Of a DNA stretch of 64,000 nt, positions 32,330 through 41,414 are shown piece after piece. Position 1 is the stretch's first letter. Each line of letters opens with the position of its first letter. This stretch comes from a virus, in IMG/VR virus record IMGVR_UViG_3300009657_000001, positions 1 to 64,000 of that record, one strand, 5' to 3'. Under the pieces are notes generated by a model, which saw nothing but the letters and a program-made list of their open reading frames with translations, was not told the DNA's origin and made no database searches. Both the position numbers and the translations under genes were made by a program.

Positions 32330-34192
32330 ATGGCAAAAGAAGCACAGATACAACGCTTTGCGGGTCTTGCGGGCATTCGTAAAAAGAGTACCGTTTACAT
32401 CGGCCCAAATAACTCTGACGGCTTGTGGACGATCTTTCGTGAACCAGCGGACAACTTCGTTGACCGCGCACTGAAAGGTAAGAACAAGTACGGACATTTG
32501 ATCATTGACCCGAATGGTAAGGGTTATTGGGTTCTCGACCGAGACGATGAAGGCTTTCCGGTTGCGAAAGCTCGCTTCGAGGACGAACGTGGTAGGCCAG
32601 AAGTTCTATCACAATTCTATGCAGCAACGGGCCTGACGCACGCTGGCTCAAACTTTGACAGCGATCAAGCATCGCGTGGTACGCACGGTATCGGTATCAA
32701 GACCACGAGCGCAATGTCGAAGGTTGCAACGTATTACACCTTCAAACCGAAAGAAGGTCAATGGTACACAATTGAATATCGCGATGCGAAGCTGTACCAA
32801 GACGTCAAGAAGTGCAAAGCTCCGAAGCTGCCGCATGGTATCAAAGCAACACGCGGATCGGTGATCTACTTTGAACCTGATTTGACGCTCTTTACCAAAG
32901 ATGCGAAGATGCCGCTCAAGGATGCAGACGAGTGGGCAACACTTACATCATATCTGGTGCCGAATCTACAAATCGCGATCACAACGAAAACGGGCAAAAC
33001 GAAAACCTACAAAACCAAAGGGATTTCCGACTACATCGTCAATCAGCTTGAAAAGCTGGGAGCGAAACAGTCCGGGAAGACGTTTGTGCATCAAACCCCG
33101 ACAATTGACGTCGCACTTGCATTTGCAAATGCCGAAGGGGATGCAATTGCTGCGTATACCAACGGTTTGCGCAACGTCGATGGTGGTGAACATGTGAAGG
33201 CTGTGCTTGACGCACTAGTAAAGAGTTTGAAGCCGTACAAGGGTAAGCTCGAATACACACCCACGGACCTGCGCGATGGTATCGTTGGTCTTGTAAATGC
33301 GAAAATCGCAGCACCAAAGTTCAGCAACCAACGTAAAGATCGACTCGATGATGACCGTGCGTATGGTGCCTGCCATCAATCAACGCTTGACGCGTTCGTT
33401 GAGTTCTGGAAGAAGAACAAAACACTCGCAGCGGAAATCAGCAAACGTGCAGCGGAGTTGCGCAAGAAGACCGCAGATTTCTTGAAAGACAAAAAGTTGA
33501 TCAAGAACGTCGCGAATGCCGGTCGTAAAATGTCAACGAAGCTTGCCGATATCGGCAACAAGAAGACACCCGTCGAAGATCGTGAATTGTTCCTTGTTGA
33601 AGGGGACTCTGCGGGTGGTACAGCAAAGCAAGCACGCTTCAACGATTTCCAAGCAACCTTCAAGCTGCGCGGGAAACCACTCAACGTGATGGACGCTGCA
33701 AAAGAAAAGGTGAACGCAAATGAAGAAGTAACAGGCATTCTCGCAGCAATCGGTCTGGGGACTGGTAAAGCAAATGAAGCCGTGCGTTACGGCAAGATCA
33801 TTTTCCTCGCCGATCCAGATATCGACGGAAAGCATATCAATTGCTTGCTAATGGCGCTGTTTTGGAAGTACATGCCGCATTTGTTCAAGGAAGGTCGTGT
33901 GTACATGTTGCGCGCGCCGGAATACTACGCGGAAGTCGGAAAGAAGATACACTTTGGTGACTCTCCGGAAGAAGTGTACAAGCTGTCTGGAAGCACCAAA
34001 GCCGACGTACGACACATCAAGGGTTGGGGCGAGCTAGATGCTTACAAGATGGTTCCCATGGTCTTTGATAAAAAGACACGCAAACTCATTCGTTTGACAC
34101 CGCCAAAAGACAAGGATGGCGTGAAACATTTCGAAGCGCTCATGGGGCGTGACAGTAGCTATCGACAAAAGATGCTGGGAGTATCAGAATGA
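32330..34192 (+). CDS. Type II DNA topoisomerase, ATPase/Toprim subunit (GyrB/ParE/T4 gp39-like)
   Basis: Motifs are EPADNFVDRA, GTHGIGIKTTSA, the QTK-loop-like FSNQRKDRL, LFLVEGDSAGGTAKQAR and FLADPDIDGKHI. Confidence 0.85.
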   Translation: MAKEAQIQRFAGLAGIRKKSTVYIGPNNSDGLWTIFREPADNFVDRALKGKNKYGHLIIDPNGKGYWVLDRDDEGFPVAKARFEDERGRPEVLSQFYAATGLTHAGSNFDSDQASRGTHGIGIKTTSAMSKVATYYTFKPKEGQWYTIEYRDAKLYQDVKKCKAPKLPHGIKATRGSVIYFEPDLTLFTKDAKMPLKDADEWATLTSYLVPNLQIAITTKTGKTKTYKTKGISDYIVNQLEKLGAKQSGKTFVHQTPTIDVALAFANAEGDAIAAYTNGLRNVDGGEHVKAVLDALVKSLKPYKGKLEYTPTDLRDGIVGLVNAKIAAPKFSNQRKDRLDDDRAYGACHQSTLDAFVEFWKKNKTLAAEISKRAAELRKKTADFLKDKKLIKNVANAGRKMSTKLADIGNKKTPVEDRELFLVEGDSAGGTAKQARFNDFQATFKLRGKPLNVMDAAKEKVNANEEVTGILAAIGLGTGKANEAVRYGKIIFLADPDIDGKHINCLLMALFWKYMPHLFKEGRVYMLRAPEYYAEVGKKIHFGDSPEEVYKLSGSTKADVRHIKGWGELDAYKMVPMVFDKKTRKLIRLTPPKDKDGVKHFEALMGRDSSYRQKMLGVSE

Positions 34193-35649
34193 CCGAAGTG
34201 ATTGAAGAAATCAGCATCGACGTCAAAGCAAAAGCGGATTACTACGATTACGCTGTGCATGTCATCGAAGATCGTGCCATCTATGCAAAGGATGACGGGC
34301 TCAAGCCCGTTGCACGTCGTTTGCTGTGGGCCGCGCACAAGATGGGACTGTCAAGCACTGCGCGCTTTGTAAAGGCTGCAAAAGTCACCGGTGACACGAT
34401 GGGTAACTATCATCCGCACGGTGACGCAGCAATCTTTGGTGCATTGGTAACGGCAGTCAACACGCCGGTTCCGCTGTTCGAAGGATCTGGTAACTGGGGA
34501 TCAATGACAGATGACCCCGCTGCCCCGCGTTATGTTGAGTGCCGTTTGTCGCAATATGCAGATCGTGTGTTCTTCGATAAGTTCTACCTCAACGCTGTCC
34601 ATTATGTTCCGAACTACGATGATTCGCTGCAAGAGCCGCTCACGCTCCCAACCTTGCTGCCGAATGCGTTGATCAACGGTAACTTTGGGATTGCACCAGG
34701 TGTACGCACAAGCACACCAAACTTCACCCTGAAGTCGGTTGCGAAAACGCTTGTTGAAGCCTTCAAGAACGGTGGTAAGGCAGACGCAAAAATCTGCCTC
34801 AACCTTGATATGATCACAGAGTATGGGGGTGTTCTCAAGAAAACACCAACGCTCAAGAAGGATTTGCTGAACTTCTATCAAACGGGACAAGGCCGTTTCG
34901 TCTTCGAAAGCTCGTTTGACGATGATGGTAAATCAATCCGTTTGACGCGTTTCGCTCCGCACGGGAAGCTTGATGGTGTGCAAACGAAGAAGGGTTACAA
35001 GCCCGGTTTGCTCGACAAAATCGCTGCGTTGAATGGTGTTGATCGTATCTATGATGACACCACAACCGATGACAAGTACAATGCTTATGTTGTTGATTTC
35101 AAGCGTGGACTTACGACGGCTGCACGACAAGCGGTGATCAACAAAGTGCTTGGTATGTTCTCTGGTGCGATTTCGTTCAGCGTGCAGGTGGTTGAACGCC
35201 GTCCGGATCCAGACAACGCGTACGGGTTCAAAGAATTGCAGATGTCCACAATTCCGGACATGATCAATTATTGGATTAAGTATCGTATCAGTCTTGAAAA
35301 AGTAGCGTGCAAGTTCTGGATTGAGAAACGTCAAAAGGAAATAGACTATCTCAATTTGATGCGTCTCGCTGTGAAGAATCGTTCGTTTATCATCAAAGCA
35401 CTTGATAAGAAAATTGATGACGAACAATTGGAAGCGTACCTTGCAAAAGGTCTGAAAATTACGGTTGAACAAGCCAAGATCATTCTCGATCTTAAAGTTC
35501 GCCAATTAAAAGCTCTTGAAGATGACAAGCTTCGCGCAAAGATTACCGATCTCAAGCTCGAAATAGCAGAGTATCGGGATCGGATTGCTCGACCGAAGTC
35601 CTTTATTGCGAAGCAAATCGTCCGACTCGCGAAAGAACTCGGCGCTTAG
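34189..35649 (+). CDS. Type II DNA topoisomerase, cleavage-religation subunit (GyrA/ParC/T4 gp52-like)
   Basis: Motifs are DGLKPVARRLLWA, GNYHPHGDAAIFGALV and the catalytic-Tyr context APRYVECRL. The start forms an ATGA overlap with the B subunit gene. Confidence 0.85.
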   Translation: MTEVIEEISIDVKAKADYYDYAVHVIEDRAIYAKDDGLKPVARRLLWAAHKMGLSSTARFVKAAKVTGDTMGNYHPHGDAAIFGALVTAVNTPVPLFEGSGNWGSMTDDPAAPRYVECRLSQYADRVFFDKFYLNAVHYVPNYDDSLQEPLTLPTLLPNALINGNFGIAPGVRTSTPNFTLKSVAKTLVEAFKNGGKADAKICLNLDMITEYGGVLKKTPTLKKDLLNFYQTGQGRFVFESSFDDDGKSIRLTRFAPHGKLDGVQTKKGYKPGLLDKIAALNGVDRIYDDTTTDDKYNAYVVDFKRGLTTAARQAVINKVLGMFSGAISFSVQVVERRPDPDNAYGFKELQMSTIPDMINYWIKYRISLEKVACKFWIEKRQKEIDYLNLMRLAVKNRSFIIKALDKKIDDEQLEAYLAKGLKITVEQAKIILDLKVRQLKALEDDKLRAKITDLKLEIAEYRDRIARPKSFIAKQIVRLAKELGA

Positions 35650-35695
35650 CCGGGTTTTACCACAGAAGTCTCCCCTTTACACGGGAATCGTTTCA

Positions 35696-35707
35696 TCGTA
35701 AAATAAA
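35696..35707 (+). promoter_or_regulatory. Degenerate copy of the phage promoter-like motif (TCGTAAAATAAA)
   Basis: Intergenic, ending 52 nt upstream of the ATG at 35759. Confidence 0.3.
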
Positions 35708-35758
35708 GACATAGGGTTAGATACCGAGTACCCTACTTTGGAGAAAAGGAAAGAAGGC

Positions 35759-36658
35759 ATGGAAAATCTGTTTAAGTCGCCGGTTCTGGTGAAGCCGCTT
35801 GGAGTTATTGTTCCGGCAGGTGCGTTTGAAAACAAACTCTCCCTCAATGTCGAATTGCAACGCGTCTATTCGCTCGTTGAACCCACGTCGCTTACCAGTG
35901 AACTGTTTGTTGCTGCAAAGGTTGTTGCACGGTTCACTGCAACCGTGGTTATGGAAAAGGACGTTCTGGCTCTGTCGAAGGGTGCCGAAGCGTACAATAC
36001 GTTTGTTCTTGACACGATCAAGCGTCAAACGGAAATGGTAATCGCAGATGAACAGGAAGAAGAACCCACGCGTCGTGGTCGCGGTCGTCGTTCAAAGGCA
36101 GAAGCAACGGAACCGGTTGAAGCCCCTGTAATCGATTATGCATCGATGATTGGTTACGTCGCAAAGTCGTTTGCATTCTTGGAAGTCACGTACGACGAAA
36201 AGCAAACGACACTGATTGATTCCAAGCCGTTCACGTATTTCGCTGAAAAGAGCGAGAACAACGAAGCGGCAATGCATCAGCGTGTAGCGCAAATGAGCGC
36301 TTTGATGAATCGCATTTCGCAGATGCGGGCTAAGCTGGTAACGCCGTCGCGTGAATCGATTAATGATTCGCTGGGATCGTTGGTTCCTCATCTGGACAAT
36401 GATACGCTCGACATTGATCGTCAGGGCTTGGAAAACTTTGAAAGCAATCTTCGTCATCGGATCGAAGACGATGAAACCAAGTTGCGCAATCATTACACCT
36501 GGTTCAATCAGGTTGTAATTGAAAAGTACGCAGAAAAGAACAACAAGGTTTCCATCGTTCCTTTCGCTGGGTCCTTCTCTCTTGGTGACACGACTGTGAC
36601 ACTCGAAGAAGTTATCTCTGCGATGCAGGAAGAGCTTTTCATTTCCGTAAAGCTTTGA
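35759..36658 (+). CDS. Hypothetical protein with an internal EEEPTRRGRGRRSK segment
   Basis: ATG at 35759 follows the RBS AAAGGAAAGAAGG. 299 aa. Confidence 0.65.
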   Translation: MENLFKSPVLVKPLGVIVPAGAFENKLSLNVELQRVYSLVEPTSLTSELFVAAKVVARFTATVVMEKDVLALSKGAEAYNTFVLDTIKRQTEMVIADEQEEEPTRRGRGRRSKAEATEPVEAPVIDYASMIGYVAKSFAFLEVTYDEKQTTLIDSKPFTYFAEKSENNEAAMHQRVAQMSALMNRISQMRAKLVTPSRESINDSLGSLVPHLDNDTLDIDRQGLENFESNLRHRIEDDETKLRNHYTWFNQVVIEKYAEKNNKVSIVPFAGSFSLGDTTVTLEEVISAMQEELFISVKL

Positions 36659-36667
36659 TCCTTTTCA

Positions 36668-36679
36668 CCGTAAAATATA
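36668..36679 (+). promoter_or_regulatory. Phage promoter-like motif CCGTAAAATATA
   Basis: Intergenic, immediately 5' of the terminator hairpin, ending 69 nt upstream of the dpdA ATG. Confidence 0.4.
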
Positions 36680-36684
36680 CTTAG

Positions 36685-36712
36685 GGGACGGAGATATCTC
36701 CGTCCCTTTTTT
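36685..36712 (+). terminator. Rho-independent terminator (perfect 22-nt palindrome plus T6)
   Basis: GGGACGGAGAT pairs with ATCTCCGTCCC and is followed by TTTTTT. Confidence 0.8.
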
Positions 36713-36747
36713 CTCCAGAAAACGATCCAAAGGATACCTGTTTCGTC

Positions 36748-38355
36748 ATGTCTCATAAAAACAAATCATTTGTTCTACCTGGTCATAACATGACGAAAGC
36801 GTATGGAGATATCCGGTTTCGTTTCTATCCGTGCGGCTTGAAACCCATTGATTACAATTCGATGGTGTATGTTCGCTACAAGACCGCGAAGAACGCGCAT
36901 TTCGATCAAAGTAACTCCATTGTTGCTCTCGATCACGCTTATGTGCATTTCGATTTCCCGGATCGCGAATTGCTGTTTACAGATAACGCATACGCACCCG
37001 GTGGAGATCGACCGTTTAACAAACCCAAACACGGTGATAAGTGGCACTCCGCAGTTGCGTTGAGTTTGGCCAGCAGTGTCGGCGACGATCTTCCGTGTGA
37101 TCGTTTCATGATCAATCCGCACGCATACTCACCGTCAACTGAACCACGCTTGCGTATGGAAGAAACAATTGCCGACAGCGACAAGGTTGTGATTTCGGAT
37201 TCTGGCGGCTTCCAGCTGGGTCATGGATCAATCAACTTCATTCATCCTGAAGAACTGTGCGGTTTCTACATGCGCAATGTGGATGAAGGCGTCGTTCTCG
37301 ACGTACCGGCGCGTCAGCTTGGTGATGGTGATATTCTAAAGCATACAGCACGTATTCAGAATTTGAATACCAAGTACATGAAGAAGATTCTTCCAAAGGA
37401 CTTCCGCCTGTCAACCGTTGCACACGGTTTGTCGTTGCAAAAGGTTGATCAATTTCGCAACGACATTGAAAGCGTGGACGCAGACTTCCCGATCATTTGT
37501 ATATCAGGTACGTTGCGATTCAATCTGTTGGAAGGCTTACATCGCATTCTACACATCATCGAAACTGGTCAGCGCTACGAACAATATCACGTTCTTGGAG
37601 TAAGCAATCCACCTTTCTACGCGGCACTCATTCGCGCCGCTTATGTGTTGAAGAAGAAGGGGATACATGTTCTACTCACAGCAGACTCATCATCCCCAAT
37701 TGCGTTCTCTCTTAAACACACATACTACAATCAAGGTGCGTTCTATGATGGTTTGAATCCGACACGATTTGGGCAAAAAGCAAGTGCGTCAGCGGAAACA
37801 CCGGCTGCAACCTTCCCAAATCCGCACCGACGGTTTGCGGCAACTGATCCTTTCACACAAGTGATTGGTGGGTATCAGGATGTGATTTCAACGTACAACG
37901 TGGCAACCACACAATCCTATTTGATGTACATGAATCAGATGGAGCTTGTGCGCTATTGTAATCAGATGTGTTTGCATGCCAACGATCTTGATCACAAAGA
38001 GTACAAAGCCCTAGTGAAAGAGCAGTACGCAAAGTCTGTACATCGCCACCTGTTGCAAGTCACGCTTGATTACCTCAATGTGTATCATGAGCACGGACTA
38101 AAAGCAGCGTACGAGAAATTCAAATATTACATGCCAAGTTTCAGTGGTGAGCGCGGAATGGTAACATATCCGTCGATGATTCAGACGGCATCTGAACTTG
38201 AACAAGAAGCTGAATATGGTGTGAAGAAGAAGCACTTGATCAAGGTACTGAAGGGTTATTACGAGTTTCACCGCTCTGGGAAAGTACCCGAACGTGTGAA
38301 CAAGGATTTTGCAAAGAAGCAAGCGGCAAAGAATGGTCTGGCCGTCAAAATATAG
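36748..38355 (+). CDS. dpdA: DpdA-like 7-deazaguanine DNA transglycosylase (TGT superfamily)
   Basis: The catalytic-Asp motif is VISDSGGFQLGHG (TGT: DSGGFQ). The layout is TIM-barrel-like. A possible zinc-site remnant reads RYCNQMCLHANDLDH. QueD and QueE are encoded in the same genome. Confidence 0.7.
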   Translation: MSHKNKSFVLPGHNMTKAYGDIRFRFYPCGLKPIDYNSMVYVRYKTAKNAHFDQSNSIVALDHAYVHFDFPDRELLFTDNAYAPGGDRPFNKPKHGDKWHSAVALSLASSVGDDLPCDRFMINPHAYSPSTEPRLRMEETIADSDKVVISDSGGFQLGHGSINFIHPEELCGFYMRNVDEGVVLDVPARQLGDGDILKHTARIQNLNTKYMKKILPKDFRLSTVAHGLSLQKVDQFRNDIESVDADFPIICISGTLRFNLLEGLHRILHIIETGQRYEQYHVLGVSNPPFYAALIRAAYVLKKKGIHVLLTADSSSPIAFSLKHTYYNQGAFYDGLNPTRFGQKASASAETPAATFPNPHRRFAATDPFTQVIGGYQDVISTYNVATTQSYLMYMNQMELVRYCNQMCLHANDLDHKEYKALVKEQYAKSVHRHLLQVTLDYLNVYHEHGLKAAYEKFKYYMPSFSGERGMVTYPSMIQTASELEQEAEYGVKKKHLIKVLKGYYEFHRSGKVPERVNKDFAKKQAAKNGLAVKI

Positions 38356-38364
38356 GAGAGTAGC

Positions 38365-38976
38365 ATGGAAGACGAACTGCGAAACGCCTACGCTGAAACG
38401 TGCGCATTGGAAAAGAAGTATGGTATTCCATATGCCGTTGCGCGATCTCTTGTTGATGGATCTTTCAAAGATAAGTACATTAGCGGCGAAAACAAATCAG
38501 TCTTGAATGACTGGGTTGTTGATCTGACACTGATGCAGCAAAGCGTGTTGCTTTCGCTTGTGCGCAATGCTGATGGTATCCCGAAGTTTCACAAGCAAAA
38601 GGCGCTCATTCGCTGGTATCGTCGGTGCATTCTCAAATCTGCTTTTGAAGGGGCCGAACTGCGTAACCCACAGCAACCTGGCGGTGGTTCTTTCACTGGC
38701 CCCGTGGATGACGTAGCACAAGCGCTCGATGATTTCATTGACAGTCGCGATGAAATGAGCTTGCACTACTTCGCTCATGCGATGCACGCATTCGAAATTC
38801 TTGGTTACAAGCATCCTGACAGTGGAATTCGAACATTCTGGAACACAGCTTACGTGCGCATGGTGCATTGCTTGCATATATGGCCGGAAACAGAAGAACA
38901 ACTCGACAAACGTCTGGGTGACAACGAAACAGGCTGGCGCGAGCGCAACGATCCGTCTTCCACATGCAGTGATTGA
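38365..38976 (+). CDS. Hypothetical protein
   Basis: 203-aa ORF starting 9 nt after dpdA. I recognised no motif. Confidence 0.6.
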   Translation: MEDELRNAYAETCALEKKYGIPYAVARSLVDGSFKDKYISGENKSVLNDWVVDLTLMQQSVLLSLVRNADGIPKFHKQKALIRWYRRCILKSAFEGAELRNPQQPGGGSFTGPVDDVAQALDDFIDSRDEMSLHYFAHAMHAFEILGYKHPDSGIRTFWNTAYVRMVHCLHIWPETEEQLDKRLGDNETGWRERNDPSSTCSD

Positions 38977-38987
38977 AAGGCTGTGCA

Positions 38988-39176
38988 ATGAATCGATATG
39001 GCAAAACACGTATTCTTGCAGAGCACATCAAAAATCTTGTGATTGAAGGGAAGTCAGTGCTACTCGTTTCACAGCGTGGTAATCGTGAATTCAAACTCAA
39101 AGATGTTACACCGAAAACGAAAGAGATTGAGCACCATGATACCAACTGCAACTTTGTACAGTCTTGGTTACGATGA
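38988..39176 (+). CDS. Hypothetical small protein
   Basis: ATG at 38988 lies 7 nt after GAAAGG. The ORF track uses the TTG at 38973. Confidence 0.4.
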   Translation: MNRYGKTRILAEHIKNLVIEGKSVLLVSQRGNREFKLKDVTPKTKEIEHHDTNCNFVQSWLR

Positions 39177-39381
39177 TTTCGGTAACAACGAAGCGCTGCT
39201 TCATCCCACTGACAAAGCGATCATTGACGGCGAAGCAATCAACGGAAAGTATGGCAAGCAGGGTGTTCCACGTGCTGGTGGTGATGCACTGTGCAAATGC
39301 GGTTTCATTTTCTATCTGCATCCCAAAGTGCAAGGCGCACTGTATTTAACACGGACATGCGAAGGCATTGTTAAGCTATGA
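39043..39381 (+). CDS. Hypothetical small protein (start uncertain; internal ATGs at 39103 and 39136)
   Basis: The ORF overlaps the previous one. The C-terminal part reads CKCGFIFYLHP...CEG. Confidence 0.35.
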   Translation: MKGSQCYSFHSVVIVNSNSKMLHRKRKRLSTMIPTATLYSLGYDDFGNNEALLHPTDKAIIDGEAINGKYGKQGVPRAGGDALCKCGFIFYLHPKVQGALYLTRTCEGIVKL

Positions 39382-39581
39382 TTGATCGTCAGAAATTGGC
39401 CTACGCTTTGTGGTCATCAAACGTACAACCGAACAACGATCCGGAATTCTGGAAAAACATCGTAACCCCACCGCCGGGTGATACACGCTGGCAAGGCGTG
39501 CTGGCCTTTTATCTGAAAAAGGCGGACGCTGTGATTGACTACATGAATGAATATGATAACCTTTCAGGAGAAAGCAAATGA
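39378..39581 (+). CDS. Hypothetical small protein
   Basis: 67 aa, with ATGA overlaps at both ends. Confidence 0.5.
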   Translation: MIDRQKLAYALWSSNVQPNNDPEFWKNIVTPPPGDTRWQGVLAFYLKKADAVIDYMNEYDNLSGESK

Positions 39582-39844
39582 AAGCTGTTGAATTCTGCTA
39601 CTGGCTACAAGGACTGTTTGAAGTCGGTGAACCGACCGAACTTAATGCAAAGCAAACAGATTTGATCAAGCGTCATCTGAACATGGTGTTTGCACATGAA
39701 ATCGATCAATCATATCCTGCGGAACAGCAAGACAAACTGAATAAGTTGCACCATGGTCCGATCCCACCAAATCAAAGTAAGAAGAAAAATTTTATGGGAA
39801 TGACCGACGAGGAATACGAGCAAGCGGGACGACCACGTTGCTAA
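39578..39844 (+). CDS. Hypothetical small protein
   Basis: 88 aa, with RBS AGGAGAAAG upstream. Confidence 0.55.
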   Translation: MKAVEFCYWLQGLFEVGEPTELNAKQTDLIKRHLNMVFAHEIDQSYPAEQQDKLNKLHHGPIPPNQSKKKNFMGMTDEEYEQAGRPRC

Positions 39845-39874
39845 TTCCTCTTTGATAAACCAGAGGACACACCT

Positions 39875-40402
39875 ATGTCATACAAAACATCAATCAAGCC
39901 GTATCAGAAAACACCCAAAATGCTGGTGAAAGCACCGCGTCTGACAATTCGTCAGATGGCCAATAAAATACCCAATGAAACGCGCTTGAAGTCTCGCATT
40001 GTTGGTGTCGAGGACGTTAAAAAAGGGCGTGTTCCTGCGGCTTTGGAAGGATATACGTGCTATCGTTTGCAGACACGTAACATCGAGAATTCTCACCAAT
40101 ACCGTATAAGTATTTACTCCCCAACACCAAAAATTACTTTGGACACAAAAGTTATTATAGATTCGCCAGTACCAGCCTTCGTATTTAAGTACGAACATGC
40201 CCTAGCAAAAAGAGGGAATGCTTTTATATACAGGTCCAATGGCGATCCTCCGGTTCAAACAAATCCTAGGCTTATACCTGGCTTCGATCACCATTCTTAT
40301 AGGTGCCTTCAGTACCTCATTAAAAACACGACCAAAAATGGCCTGAAAGAACCCGATGTAACGCCAGAACGTGTTCGAAGGACACGACGCAATGCGCGTT
40401 AA
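39875..40402 (+). CDS. Hypothetical protein
   Basis: 175 aa, with RBS AGAGGA upstream. The C-terminus is basic. Confidence 0.55.
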   Translation: MSYKTSIKPYQKTPKMLVKAPRLTIRQMANKIPNETRLKSRIVGVEDVKKGRVPAALEGYTCYRLQTRNIENSHQYRISIYSPTPKITLDTKVIIDSPVPAFVFKYEHALAKRGNAFIYRSNGDPPVQTNPRLIPGFDHHSYRCLQYLIKNTTKNGLKEPDVTPERVRRTRRNAR

Positions 40403-40802
40403 CAAGCCGTTTTCACCCAAAGAAAAAGAAGCGATAGAGTTGTATTTTGAAGCAACGAAAACGCTTCCTCGTATTCCGTTGCATGTTGTTGGTTTTCTTC
40501 ACAATGAAGTAGAACTTCCCAAAGACGATCTTGCAAAGATTTATAAAGCTCAAACAGACAAAACTGTGAATACAATGGTGGGATTGCGCAAATTGATTGC
40601 GCAAGATCAAGGTTCTGTTGGACATCAAAATCTAAAAGACGTGTATTATAACTGGGAGAAGACACCACTTCCAGAAGTGCTTGCCCTCAAATCCGGTTTT
40701 TACTGGATAATAGAAGGTCATCATCGGTTTGCGTTGCAGATGATCGCACAACGGCAGTCTGTTTTGGCCAATGTGAAATATTCACAATCTCTATTGAAAT
40801 AG
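40392..40802 (+). CDS. Small ParB/Srx-fold protein
   Basis: FYWIIEGHHRFALQMI matches the ParB N-terminal-domain core (DGHHR-type). ATG at 40392 is preferred over 40371. Confidence 0.5.
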   Translation: MRVNKPFSPKEKEAIELYFEATKTLPRIPLHVVGFLHNEVELPKDDLAKIYKAQTDKTVNTMVGLRKLIAQDQGSVGHQNLKDVYYNWEKTPLPEVLALKSGFYWIIEGHHRFALQMIAQRQSVLANVKYSQSLLK

Positions 40803-40808
40803 GTTGAC

Positions 40809-41405
40809 ATGTCATACAATTTCGCTGGTGCAGATCCAGGGTCTACGAATTACGGTTACACCGCAATCAACGTAGATCCTTTTTCAGGTTTTAAAATCAC
40901 AATTCTGGAAATTGGCATGTTGACATGCCAAATCAACAACCTGACGGCGAAGGAAGCAAAGCCGCCGAAGTCCAAGCGTCGTAAAACAATTGTAGTACCG
41001 AATCTTCCGCCGTTTCCTTTTCAATTGCGTCGTTTCAAGCGAGAGTGGAATTCGTTGCTCGAAGATTACAACATTCGTCGTGTCACCATGGAGCGGTTTC
41101 AACCCCGTGGTGGCGGCGGACTGATGGGTCTCGCAACAGAGTCTGTGAACATGATGAACGCGATTGTTTGCATGTTGGCAGATCGACAAGATCGTGTGTA
41201 CGAATTGATCACAGCTGCGGGTTGGAAAAATCAAGTCAATCGATTTATTGATCTTGAAGGTTTGTACAAAGAAGTTGATATCCCCAATCACAGCGTGGAT
41301 TCCTTCTTTATCGCCGTGCATAGTGCATTGCGGTACTTCGATCTGGAGTGGGGTGACATAGACTTCACGCATGTGGTTGCAGAACTCAAAGATTTTGATA
41401 AATAG
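40809..41405 (+). CDS. RuvC-like Holliday junction resolvase
   Basis: The first catalytic Asp lies in GADPGSTNYGYTAI. Other acidic positions are MERFQPRG and HSVDSFFIAVHSA. Confidence 0.65.
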   Translation: MSYNFAGADPGSTNYGYTAINVDPFSGFKITILEIGMLTCQINNLTAKEAKPPKSKRRKTIVVPNLPPFPFQLRRFKREWNSLLEDYNIRRVTMERFQPRGGGGLMGLATESVNMMNAIVCMLADRQDRVYELITAAGWKNQVNRFIDLEGLYKEVDIPNHSVDSFFIAVHSALRYFDLEWGDIDFTHVVAELKDFDK

Positions 41406-41414
41406 GAAAGCACA

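Noticed and set aside
39875-40402. A degenerate SWIM-type zinc finger in the 175-aa ORF (VIIDSPVPAFVFKYEHALAKRG).
   Set aside because: The Cys/His ligands are absent. The resemblance is too weak to report as a feature.
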